This document shows positions 8,128 through 18,300 of a stretch of DNA of 64,000 nt, piece by piece (the first letter of the stretch is position 1; every line of letters starts with the position of its first letter). The position numbers and the translations under genes were made by a program. Where the stretch lies: IMG/VR virus record IMGVR_UViG_3300009108_000751, positions 124,001-188,000 of that record; one strand, 5' to 3'. A model generated the notes under the pieces. It saw only the letters and a program-made list of their open reading frames with translations, was not told where the DNA came from and did no database searches.

Positions 8128-11100
8128 ATGGCCGAACGTACTTTTAAAAGCCCAGGCGTAAGAGCTTTTGAGATCGATAGGTCTGGGCCTACCCCAACCG
8201 GTCCAACGGGCGTTCCAGCAGGCGTAATAGGCACTGCTAAAGAAGGCCCAGCTTTCGTACCGATCACAGTTGCCGACTTCTCCGAATTTGAATCTAAGTT
8301 TGGATTTGTAGGCGGCGATGAGTTCGGACCTATCGCTGCACAAGAATGGCTCAGAAATGCTGGGTCCCTTTCTTATGTGCGAGTACTTGGAGCCGGCAAC
8401 GCGAAGAAAAGGTCTTCAAGCGATGGAACGGTTACGAACGCAGGATTTATCGTAGGCCAGAGATTACCTTTGGATTCTGGGCTTTTAGGAGACAATCCAG
8501 AAGCAAACACCGGCGGAGAAGGAGAAGGAAGAACTTACTTCCTCGGATGCTACATGTCGCAATCCGCAGGATCAACAATCTTCTCCGATGCCGGAATAGG
8601 ATCTGCTCAAAATCTTGGTACCACAGTCGCAGCTTCAGTCCTTCGTGGTGTGCTAATGGCAGCATCAGGTGTCAACCTAAGGCTTTCATGCTCAAATGGT
8701 ACGATGGGCCAGGGAAACACACCAACATCAACAATGACATCATCAATGTCAGGCCAGGGCAACCCATCCGCTGGTTTCTTAACGGGTACAATTAACTTTT
8801 CTAACGGGTCCCCTAAGTTTACCATGCTTTTGCCTGGCCACAAAGGAAAAGATTATCCTCGAGTTCTTACAGCATCTTTAAATCCTGATGACAAAGATTA
8901 CTTTGCAAACATCTTCAATAAAGATCCCCAACAAGTTCAGAAGCACGGCTACGTTCTTTACTCGCATTATGATGTATATCCAGAATATGCCGTCGTGACA
9001 GGTTCGGGAATCTTGGCAACAGGATCAAGCGTTGTGAACGGCGCAGTGTCAGGCTTATACTCAGGAAGCTCTGATGCTGTTTTCCTCCTTACAGGAACTC
9101 AAGGGAGAAACAACGGATCTGCCGCGGCGCCAAACTTCGAAGGATTCCGTGAGAGATTCCAGGCCGCTAAGACGCCATTCATTATCTCACAAGAATTTGG
9201 TGGAACCGCCAAGGATCTCTTCCGAGTGCATCTCTTAAGCGATGGTGTCATGAAGGGCAAATCTTCAGACTCAGTGGGTGCGAACACTAAATACAAGGTT
9301 TCTATTGAGAACGTAGGTAAATCTTCAGATGAACTTAACAAGTTCGGTACGTTCGATCTTGTCTTAAGAGACTTTTACGACAACGATGAGAATACATTCG
9401 TTTATGAGGCCTTCCGCGGCCTTAACCTTGATCCTGCATCGACCAATTACATCGGACGTCGAATTGGCGATACCGACATGTTCTACGATTTTGATCAGGC
9501 ACAGGGATCCCAAAAGCTTGTGATTGACGGAAAGTATGCTAACGTTTCTTCGCGCATAAGAGTTGAAATAGCATCTGATGTTGACAACGGTGAAATCGAT
9601 CCTGAATCTCTGCCCCTAGGGTTTAGAGGTCTAGATCACCTTGTAACCTCTGGATCAAATGTTCTTAGCGCACCTCCAAACGCAAACTTCAGCCTACAGA
9701 GAGACCCAAGCATGACGCTCAAATCAGTTGTGCAACCTCCTGTACCGCTTAGAGAGAACATCGCGATGGGTCTCGCGCCTAAGAAGGTGCCTAATAAGTC
9801 GCTTTACTGGGGCGTCCAATTCACGAAGAAAACCCTCTTAAATGAGCCCAACAAGAGCAGCGTTATTGATCCAAGCATAGTCAGCTTTACGAAATTCTTC
9901 ACTGATCACGCCGTATCTGACTTCAATGTATTGACAGGTTCTAATGCAGGTCAGGCTGATGAAAGCGGCGCAATTCTAGATTGTGATAGGTTTAATAACA
10001 ACAAGTTTACTTTAGAAAACCTGCAGGTCGGTACGGGATCTGATGGTCTTGCATTAACCACGGACGCAGCTCTTGTTAACAGCTGGTCATACGCACGCGA
10101 TGGAAACATCACTACGAATGCTGATGCCAAGACCCGAAGGTTTGAGGTAAACGATACAACAAGCCCGGCGGTTCGAAGGCTCTCTAAGTTTACGATGCCA
10201 TTCCAGGGTGGATTTGATGGATTTAACATCTTTAATAAAAACACCGCCTTGATGAACAACAACGCCGTTAAAGGTGAGATGGATGATTCTAACAGAGGTG
10301 GAATCAACGGCCCGACAGTTGCAGCCTTTAAGAAGGCTCTGGAAGTCATGGGTGAGAAGGCTGATGTTGAGATACAGCTCTTGGCTGTTCCTGGCATTAG
10401 AGAGGCTACCGTCACAAATGATGCTATAACGACTGTAGAGGACAGATTTGATGCACTCTACATCATGGATATCGGCGAGCGTGATAACGTAAACGCAGTG
10501 GTTACTTCCTCTGTGCAAAATGTCAATGTTTCAAATACCGTAGCATCATTCAACGACAGAGCCTTGGATTCATCCTTTGCTGCAGCATATTTCCCAGATG
10601 TTAATATGAACATCCAGGTGAAGACACTGAATCAATCAACGAAGACTGTAGTAGCAAATTCTGCAACAGTTCGGGTTCCGCCGTCAGTTGCAGTTTTAGG
10701 TGCTTTCTCGTTCAACGATGCAGTGGCGTTCCCGTGGTTCGCTCCTGCTGGATTTGCCCGAGGATCTATGAACGCTCTATCTACTGCAGTAAGCCTAAAT
10801 CAAACCAATATGGACGATTTGTACGATAAGGATATCAACCCTATCGTTTCGTTCCCTAATAGTTCTGGCCCGGTAGTTTACGGACAGAAAACTCTGCAAT
10901 CTGCAGCGTCTGCTCTTGACAGAGTCAACGTAAGAAGGCTCTTGATCGACGTAAGGCGCTCAGTTAAGCAAGTTGCACAGCAACTTATCTTCGAGCCTAA
11001 TAGAGAATCAACCCTTCAAAGATTCACTGCTTTGGTAACTCCAATCTTGAAGAGAGTTCAGGAAAACCAAGGTGTTGATCGATTTAGAGTTGTTATTGAT

Positions 11101-11232
11101 TCTAGCACAACTACGCAGGCAGACATTGAAAACAATACAGTTCGAGGGAAGATCTTCTTGCAGCCTACACGAACAGCAGAATTCATCTCGCTTGATTTCG
11201 TGGTAACAAATTCAGGAGTTGATGGACTTTAA
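8128..11232 (+). CDS. Tail sheath protein 2
   Basis: Same sheath motifs (SPGV, PWFAPAG, GQKTLQ, DRVNVRRLL, PTRTAEFI). Confidence 0.95.
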   Translation: MAERTFKSPGVRAFEIDRSGPTPTGPTGVPAGVIGTAKEGPAFVPITVADFSEFESKFGFVGGDEFGPIAAQEWLRNAGSLSYVRVLGAGNAKKRSSSDGTVTNAGFIVGQRLPLDSGLLGDNPEANTGGEGEGRTYFLGCYMSQSAGSTIFSDAGIGSAQNLGTTVAASVLRGVLMAASGVNLRLSCSNGTMGQGNTPTSTMTSSMSGQGNPSAGFLTGTINFSNGSPKFTMLLPGHKGKDYPRVLTASLNPDDKDYFANIFNKDPQQVQKHGYVLYSHYDVYPEYAVVTGSGILATGSSVVNGAVSGLYSGSSDAVFLLTGTQGRNNGSAAAPNFEGFRERFQAAKTPFIISQEFGGTAKDLFRVHLLSDGVMKGKSSDSVGANTKYKVSIENVGKSSDELNKFGTFDLVLRDFYDNDENTFVYEAFRGLNLDPASTNYIGRRIGDTDMFYDFDQAQGSQKLVIDGKYANVSSRIRVEIASDVDNGEIDPESLPLGFRGLDHLVTSGSNVLSAPPNANFSLQRDPSMTLKSVVQPPVPLRENIAMGLAPKKVPNKSLYWGVQFTKKTLLNEPNKSSVIDPSIVSFTKFFTDHAVSDFNVLTGSNAGQADESGAILDCDRFNNNKFTLENLQVGTGSDGLALTTDAALVNSWSYARDGNITTNADAKTRRFEVNDTTSPAVRRLSKFTMPFQGGFDGFNIFNKNTALMNNNAVKGEMDDSNRGGINGPTVAAFKKALEVMGEKADVEIQLLAVPGIREATVTNDAITTVEDRFDALYIMDIGERDNVNAVVTSSVQNVNVSNTVASFNDRALDSSFAAAYFPDVNMNIQVKTLNQSTKTVVANSATVRVPPSVAVLGAFSFNDAVAFPWFAPAGFARGSMNALSTAVSLNQTNMDDLYDKDINPIVSFPNSSGPVVYGQKTLQSAASALDRVNVRRLLIDVRRSVKQVAQQLIFEPNRESTLQRFTALVTPILKRVQENQGVDRFRVVIDSSTTTQADIENNTVRGKIFLQPTRTAEFISLDFVVTNSGVDGL

Positions 11233-11253
11233 GGGACGTTTTTGTTCGATGCA

Positions 11254-11263
11254 TATATTTATA
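11254..11263 (+). promoter_or_regulatory. Putative late promoter (tatatttata)
   Basis: ATATTTA motif upstream of the tube gene. Confidence 0.6.
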
Positions 11264-11286
11264 ACGTGTCACCCTAGGAGATTGTA

Positions 11287-11775
11287 ATGGCTGAGACCCT
11301 TTCTGTTGCTGAGATGCTTCCAAATAAATTTGAACCTAAGCGCCAGTTTAGGTGGGTATTTGCAATTGAAGGCATTGATGCCTTCTTGATGAAGTCAGCC
11401 GCAAGACCTACAATTTCCACTGAGTCTGTAACGCTTCCTTTTATTAATCACACTCGCTATCTTGCTGGTCGAACAACATTCGGCGACATGTCCGTGACGC
11501 TTTACGATCCAATCGCACCTTCCGGTGCGCAGCAGGTCATGGAGTGGATTAGAACTCATTTTGAATCTGTTTCTGGCCGAGCAGGCTACGCAGATTTTTA
11601 CAAGCGTGATTGCCAGATCAAGATGCTTGACCCAATTGGAACAGTTGTTGAGCTTTGGGACGTCAAAGGCGCGTTTATCACAAACGCTGAGTATGGATCT
11701 TTGAGCTATGACACTAACGATGCCGCAGAGATTTCCATGACTCTTCGCTTTGACAACTGCGTGCTTCAATACTGA
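11287..11775 (+). CDS. Tail tube protein (gp19-like)
   Basis: 162 aa after the sheaths; 'EPKRQFRW', 'Y.AGR..F..M.VTLYD', 'W...GAF.....G.L.Y'. Confidence 0.9.
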   Translation: MAETLSVAEMLPNKFEPKRQFRWVFAIEGIDAFLMKSAARPTISTESVTLPFINHTRYLAGRTTFGDMSVTLYDPIAPSGAQQVMEWIRTHFESVSGRAGYADFYKRDCQIKMLDPIGTVVELWDVKGAFITNAEYGSLSYDTNDAAEISMTLRFDNCVLQY

Positions 11776-11819
11776 TACTATCACCCTAAGATAAAGCTCT
11801 TTTAGTTCTGGTCATGCTA

Positions 11820-11848
11820 TTTAACAGATAATCTATCTGTAATACAAT
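11820..11848 (+). promoter_or_regulatory. sigma70-like promoter TTTAAC-N17-TACAAT
   Basis: Spacing counted directly; upstream of 11868. Confidence 0.45.
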
Positions 11849-11867
11849 TCCTATACGAGGAGCTTTC

Positions 11868-12707
11868 ATGTCTAGAAATGACGTATTTAGCGCTGCAAGC
11901 GCATCAGACCCCAGAGTGGCGGAAACATTAGAGCAGGCACAGCAGGATCTTGGATTCGATATCCCGATCGAGACTGTCCCTTTGCCTTCGCTAGGCAAGG
12001 CATATCCTCCGGATCACCCGCTGCATCTTAAAAACTCAGTTGACATTCGAGCGATGACAGCGAGAGAAGAAGATATCTTAACATCCAGAGCCTTTATTAA
12101 AAATGGTACTGTAATTACTAATCTGATTCGATCTTGCTTAACAGATAAGTCAATAGATCCGAGAACGCTCCTGTCAGGTGATCGAAACGCAATTCTTGTT
12201 GCCATTAGGATTACTGGCTACGGCGCAGATTATCATACTAATGTTACTTGCCCTGTATGCGGAACAGCTCAAGTGCATTCTTGCGCTCTGTCCGACTTGC
12301 CAATCAGGTCGCTTGAGTCAGACCCAGTTACTCCCGGGAGAAATGAGTTTGAAGTTGTCCTCCCGGTGTCAGGTAAGAAAGTGACCCTATCTTTCCCGAC
12401 AGGCTTGGACGAGGAAGAAGCACTAACTATCTCGGAGAGAAAACGAAAACAGGGGATCGTAGTAGATAATCTCGTTACAGAGAGGCTCTTTAGAGCTATT
12501 ACTTCCATCCAGGGTAATACAGACAAGTCTTACATCAGCAAGTTTATCCGCAACATGCCCGCTAGGGATTCCTTAGAAATCAGGAGGTTCCTAGAGAAAA
12601 GCGAGCCTACCGTTAACATGGTGACACTCTTCGCATGCGAAGCTTGTGAGCTGCAGGAGGAAATGCCCCTACCCATGGGGGCAAACTTTTTTTGGCCTGA
12701 AACCTGA
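11868..12707 (+). CDS. Tail assembly chaperone / baseplate-hub assembly protein (gp26-like, two CxxC motifs)
   Basis: 'LPS.G..Y', 'MTAREEDIL', 'GDRNAIL..IR...YG', CPVC and CEAC, ends 'FFWP'; between tube and tape measure. Confidence 0.75.
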   Translation: MSRNDVFSAASASDPRVAETLEQAQQDLGFDIPIETVPLPSLGKAYPPDHPLHLKNSVDIRAMTAREEDILTSRAFIKNGTVITNLIRSCLTDKSIDPRTLLSGDRNAILVAIRITGYGADYHTNVTCPVCGTAQVHSCALSDLPIRSLESDPVTPGRNEFEVVLPVSGKKVTLSFPTGLDEEEALTISERKRKQGIVVDNLVTERLFRAITSIQGNTDKSYISKFIRNMPARDSLEIRRFLEKSEPTVNMVTLFACEACELQEEMPLPMGANFFWPET

Positions 12708-12957
12708 GGATCGTGAGCTTTTCTTAGAACAGGCATTTTTGCTTATGTACTATGGGGGCTTCACGTATTCTGAGGCATATAAGATTCCTACTCGTTACCG
12801 CGTTTGGTTCATAGATAGAATCAATAAAGAGTTTAAAAAAGCCGCAGGGACGGGAAATGAGTCATCCCGTGCATCACACAATAATGATCCAGGAAGCAGA
12901 GCTATGAGGGGTATGTCGCGACAAACAGGCCCGTCTAGGACAAGAAGATTCACTTAG
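12688..12957 (+). CDS. Frameshift extension of the tail chaperone (G/GT-like; gp51-like segment)
   Basis: +1 frame reads 'FFGLKPEDRE..LEQAFLLMYYGGFTYSEAY.IP..YR.WFI.R' and is entered at the T7 run 12687-12693; no SD for an independent start. Confidence 0.6.
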   Translation, partial: FFGLKPEDRELFLEQAFLLMYYGGFTYSEAYKIPTRYRVWFIDRINKEFKKAAGTGNESSRASHNNDPGSRAMRGMSRQTGPSRTRRFT

Positions 12958-12959
12958 CG

Positions 12960-12969
12960 CATATTTAAT
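12960..12969 (+). promoter_or_regulatory. Putative late promoter (catatttaat)
   Basis: ATATTTA motif upstream of the tape measure gene. Confidence 0.6.
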
Positions 12970-12989
12970 CTTGACTCCCGAGAACCTCT

Positions 12990-15152
12990 ATGGCCACCAA
13001 AGAACAAATAGAATTACAAAAGCAGCTCATCAGACTGGCTGAAGAATATGAGACTATTCTGCAGCGCATCCAAAGCGGAGAGATAAAAGGCAGAGTAGAA
13101 ATAGAGGATGCTTACAAGCGTTTTTCTAAGCTCCAGAGAAAGGCGCAAGATGAGAGCAAGACTGATTACTCAAAGTTTCTCAAAGAAAATCCCAGGGTAA
13201 GAGACTCCTTTAACGAACTCAGCAAAGCGCAACAAAAAGCAACCGCGACATCGGATTCCTTGGGCAGAGGAATGAAAGGCCTAATGACCCAATTCGGCCC
13301 GGCAGGTCTTGGCATGGTCCTGGGCGGATCTGCTCTAGGGCTCACAAAACTCACTGGTGTTCTTAGAAAGGTCTCCGAGGGCTTTGACGGACTGTCCAAG
13401 CCTATCTTGATGTCTCGTGAGGCGATCACAAACGAGTTCGGGCAAGCTATAAACGACCAGGGTGAGTTGATGACTAACTTCGCCGGCGACGCCGCGAGGT
13501 CTCAAGAAAACCTTATGAATGAGCTTGCAAAGACCCCGCGGGGCCTTGCAGCAGCTGACCCTTACATGCGCAGCTTCTCTCAGAACTTTGCCAAAGCCCA
13601 GCAAGAACTTGTGCAACGGACCGCGAAGATGCGCCATGCCGTTGGCACTGAGATGGAGTTTTTGCAAGCCGCCTTTCGGTCTGACGCTAGCGTCAAGCAG
13701 ATAGATGAACTGCGATTAGCTTTGGGTATGCAGGAAGAAGACCTGGCCTCAGTTGCAGCGCAGGCGCAGATAGGCGGAACTACTCTAGTCAGGCAAATGG
13801 CAGTCTCTGCAGAAGCAACTGACAAGATGAGTAAAAGGTATGGTGTGAATTTTGGGCTTGTCAGAAAAGCTACAAACGCTCTTCGAAAAGACTTCGGCAC
13901 TTTCGGTACTTTTAGCGAGCAGCAGCTGGCAAAAGTTGCAGCCCAAGCAGTTAAGCTAGGCGTCTCTCTTGACGGCATCAAGAAGCTGACGATTCACGAT
14001 AGCTTTGATACTGCAGCAGAGAAAGCCGCGATGCTCGGCCAGTCCTTCGGTATGAATATCGACGCTTTTGACCTCTTTATGGAAGAAGATCCCGCTGAGC
14101 GCCTTCGAATGATCCAAGAGGCTGCTGAGCAAGCCGGGGTCGATGTCGCAAACATGTCACGTGTCGAGATGAAACACCTAGCTGATCTTACCGGCATGGA
14201 CGTCAAGGATACCATGAAAGCCCTGAGCGATTCCGGCCAGAACCTTCGAAGCCAGCTGGGTGTTGCAGAAGAAGGCAAGGTTGCGGCAGAAGATCGAGTG
14301 GCACAAAATAATCGAATGATAAGTGTCCAGGCTCGTTTAGCTGATATTATGGAGAAGGTTGCGCCTAATATCGCAACAATAGGTACTGATACCGGCGCAG
14401 ACATTGCCAAGGGCCAGCTTGAACTACTTGCTGCCCAAGGAAATACTTTCCAGAAAATGGGCAATGCACAAATCAACGCCGCGGCAGCCCTTACTAAAGC
14501 ATCCGGAAAATTAATTACTTTAAATCCTCTCATTCAAGAGCTGGCGAAAAATATGGGTGATTTCGCGTCTCGAAAGCTTGTGGGAGAGGGAACCAAGGCG
14601 ATCACCGGCGGCCTCGCCGCAACGGATGACATGCTCAAAAAGGTCCAGGCCCAGCGGGAAGCCGGCGGAGGTCTTAGGGACGAAGCGTTCTTGAAGTCCC
14701 TGGGAGATAAGAAGCAACAGGCCTTTGCCCTCCAGATCATTAAGGTGTTTGACACAATAGGGAACCAGGCCATCCAGACTGCAAAAAAAGCTGCAGATGC
14801 AATGTCTGCGAAAAAACCCCTTGCAGGTACAGCGGAAAACCCGAGTCACGTCACCCTACCTACACCACTTCCCGTAAAGATAGAACCCGGAACTATCCAA
14901 CAACCTCAGGCTGCAGCACGTCAAACTGCCACCGCGAATGTTCCAGTAACCGCAGACGGAGGAAAATTAAAGGCAGGAACACCCCAAGTTTCAAGCCCCA
15001 TACCTATTGACTTAACTGTGAATCTCCTCGCCAGTAATGACGTGCTTGCTACAGCCACTGCAAATGGAACCCCTGATGGGCAAGCTGCTCCCATAGGAAC
15101 CCAACTAAACAACGGTAACCGTGCTGCGAAGGCGGTGGGCGTTAGCGCTTGA
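12990..15152 (+). CDS. Tape measure protein
   Basis: Ala/Gln/Lys-rich helical 720 aa after the chaperone; 'QA.KLG.SL', 'LA..TGM.V' repeats. Confidence 0.7.
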   Translation: MATKEQIELQKQLIRLAEEYETILQRIQSGEIKGRVEIEDAYKRFSKLQRKAQDESKTDYSKFLKENPRVRDSFNELSKAQQKATATSDSLGRGMKGLMTQFGPAGLGMVLGGSALGLTKLTGVLRKVSEGFDGLSKPILMSREAITNEFGQAINDQGELMTNFAGDAARSQENLMNELAKTPRGLAAADPYMRSFSQNFAKAQQELVQRTAKMRHAVGTEMEFLQAAFRSDASVKQIDELRLALGMQEEDLASVAAQAQIGGTTLVRQMAVSAEATDKMSKRYGVNFGLVRKATNALRKDFGTFGTFSEQQLAKVAAQAVKLGVSLDGIKKLTIHDSFDTAAEKAAMLGQSFGMNIDAFDLFMEEDPAERLRMIQEAAEQAGVDVANMSRVEMKHLADLTGMDVKDTMKALSDSGQNLRSQLGVAEEGKVAAEDRVAQNNRMISVQARLADIMEKVAPNIATIGTDTGADIAKGQLELLAAQGNTFQKMGNAQINAAAALTKASGKLITLNPLIQELAKNMGDFASRKLVGEGTKAITGGLAATDDMLKKVQAQREAGGGLRDEAFLKSLGDKKQQAFALQIIKVFDTIGNQAIQTAKKAADAMSAKKPLAGTAENPSHVTLPTPLPVKIEPGTIQQPQAAARQTATANVPVTADGGKLKAGTPQVSSPIPIDLTVNLLASNDVLATATANGTPDGQAAPIGTQLNNGNRAAKAVGVSA

Positions 15153-15165
15153 TAGGGAGTAGAAG

Positions 15166-15387
15166 TTGTCCAAGAAGATACCTATAAAGGCGCAGCAGTG
15201 GAGTCCTGCTCACGATGAGATCATGAACTCTCCAGAGATTACGAGAATCTTACGAGAACTACCTGAAGAGAGCAGGGCTCAAGTTGAGAAGCACCTTCGA
15301 GATTATGTATCTGTCCTCGGCGGCGTGATCACGACTATGAGCAACTTCAAAACCGCGGCCCAGCAGCAGGAGGACAAAGATGGCTGA
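15166..15387 (+). CDS. Hypothetical protein
   Basis: SD gggag upstream, fills the gap and overlaps the next start. Confidence 0.55.
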   Translation: MSKKIPIKAQQWSPAHDEIMNSPEITRILRELPEESRAQVEKHLRDYVSVLGGVITTMSNFKTAAQQQEDKDG

Positions 15388-18300
15388 TGATACAAAAAAG
15401 GTCCTTATACCCAAGGATAGAAATGGTGATGACCAGCTGGGTAATGACTTCACAGCTGCCAATGCCAACTATGCCGCGCTGCCGGGCTTTGGGAACGCAG
15501 GCCAAGATGATCTGCCACTAGAATCTCCCCAGCCTCTAGACAACGTACAGCAGGTAAGCTTAGGTTCTGCAAGGCAAAAGGTTTTAGATGACACCAGAAT
15601 TAATCCTCGTCAACCTGGCGTAACTGATACGCTTGATTCGACATCACAGTTTCTACCAGATGAGCTTGCGCACTCCACAGTGGACAGACCGAGCACGCTT
15701 ACGTTGGGCAGCATGTTCAACAAGGGCTTGCCTGGAATTAGGAAGTCACCCGCTGTCCCACGAGCCGGCGATGCACTAAGAGATATCAGCACTGATTCGC
15801 AGTCTTTGGATCCGCAAAACGCGCCACAGGGTCGAACAGTGGCCGGAACTCCGGGGCCCGCATACGGCAACCCCGATGAACAATCCGGCGCCGGCCCAGT
15901 TGTGCAGCGCACAGTATCAGCAGTGCTCACTAGAAATCGCTTTGCTGGCATGCACAAAAGAGTTTATGCTCCGGCCAACTCAAACCCCGATGATCAAGTC
16001 GTTGGCTCTTTTCAATCTCAGGTAGGAGCTTACGATTCTGAGGCTCCCACGAATGAGCCGACTCAAGCAGGATATGCCTTCACCCTTGAGGATCTTAAGG
16101 GCACAGCCGCTCAATTAATCAGTCAAGCTGCAGGGTTTTCTACCCAGAGCAGAGAGACAAATCAAGATCAGCGATATGCTAGTGAAGGTGTCGCAGTCTC
16201 TTCTGTTCGCCCTAGGAATCTCCAGGAGGGCGATATTACCAATGATGCCTTCATCAAGTCTAAAGCATCCACGGGAGAGTTTGATGAGCCCAATGACGGA
16301 GAGCCAATAGAAACTTTCGGACAGCTTAACACCCCAGATTCACCTTACGCTGGAATGAATCCAGTCCAGATGAAAAGTCTTGCAGATGCTATTATTGCTG
16401 CGACAGTGCTGGCTTTGGATACGGGTGCAGAGAGATCTTTTATAGATCTGCTCACTTCTAATGCAAGTCAAGGATCTGCCCCGGGTAGCCGACCCTACAC
16501 TAAGGGCAAGTTCATCGAGAATAATACATGGGGCAAACCCGCTCTTAGGTCTGACTTAGGGTTCGCACACACTTCTTTCCCTTATGACAAGGCAATTGAT
16601 GCGGGTAAGTCTTTAGTCTTTGGAATTGAGGACACTGCGATAGCTACGTCTGACATTGGTGAAAGAGCTAATCTTACTGGAAACGCCCGGGCGACCAGGG
16701 GTAATATAGCTAATAATCCCGGATTTTATGTTGTTTTCTGCAGGGCGGTCTTAAGAGACTCGCAGAATCTTCGGCAGAAGTTTGCAGAATTAGGATCCAT
16801 AGCCTCGGGCGCCTCGCAGGAATCATTAGTCGCATCAGCAACGCTAGTTGAATCTTTTAGATCTTCAAAACTAGTTGCTTGCATGAACGTCTTGGCGATG
16901 ACGGGAGATTCTATTTTATCCCGGGCCCAAAGCCCATACAAAGTTGACCAAATAAAGTCCTCAGGGGACCCAGCGTTCTCTGCATTTGGTAGACCCTTAG
17001 AAGTGGGCAAAATACATTACAGGCCTTCTTCTCACGCTATGAAAAGCAGAGATAGCGAAATTGAACCAGGTGTAAGCCCAGCTTCTATGCGTCTTGCCTG
17101 GAGGAATGCTTCTGTCCCCAGCATGTACTTGCTACCTGCAGAGATCGAGTATGGGAGTGTCCAGAACGCCCTTTCTACTCTTAGTAATGATTCACCAGCA
17201 GGTGCACACATCAGCATGGAGGGTATTACGAAAGCTGAGTCTAACGGCCGCCTGCCACAAGAGTTTGTCGAAAATCACGAGCGAACCCTCGACGCTGAAT
17301 ACGTTCCCTTCTATTTTCACGACCTTCGCACAGGAGAGATAATAGCTTTTCACGCTTTCTTAGACAACCTAAGCGATAGTTTCTCAGCACGCTATAACGG
17401 TCAAAAAGCAATTGGTAGAGCAGAGGAAGTCCAGATTTATGACTCAACTTCAAGAGATATCGGATTTTCTTTCTACGTTGCTGCAACATCCCGTGAAGAT
17501 TTTAATGAGATGTGGTTTAAGATCAATAAGCTCGTAACGATGCTCTACCCACAATACACGCAGGGAAGAGGTACAGGAGATCAATCTTTCCAGCCAAAGA
17601 GAAATCCCATTGATTTCCTGGCAGGGCTTTCCGGTGAAAACTTCATTATGCCGTTCTCGCAAGTCCAATCGGCATCTCCAATGATCCGCCTCCGGATTGG
17701 CGATGTTGTGAAAACTAACTTTTCTAAGTTTAACCTGTCTCGCCTGTTTGGGCTAGGGACTGAGCAGTTTTCTCCTGTCCCGGGTGCTTCGATAGCAAAC
17801 GCAGCTACTCTGAATATCATGCGACTTCTTTTCCAAGGATTGGGACTTTTGCACAATAATCGAGGCTCTTCAGCTGGGGCTCAAGCCGGATCAAGCGCAG
17901 TTCTTTCATCACCAGCAACTTCAATTAACTTCTTAGAGATAATGAGGCTTCTTCGGCAAAGAGCACGCCAAAAACCTGAGGGTGTAGGTACGTTCTGGAG
18001 CAGAAGAAGCGGACTTAAAATAGGGGATGTAGTGAGAATTAGCTTTCCAAGCGTGAGGACTCTTAATAGAGTTGACGGTTCCGGAAAGCTGTTTATTCCT
18101 TTTAAAGATGTGTATGCTAAGATTGTAACTGATCCCGTCAATAAAGATGGCGAGCTTTCGATTGATCCGAACGGAGATGTCTTCTACAAGGTGCAAGTTG
18201 CATCTTCAGCAGACATGGCCCGACTTGGAATTTATGACGTCGGTGGCGACGCGACGTACTTGATGAATCATCATGATGCATCGCTGATACCCATGGGCCT

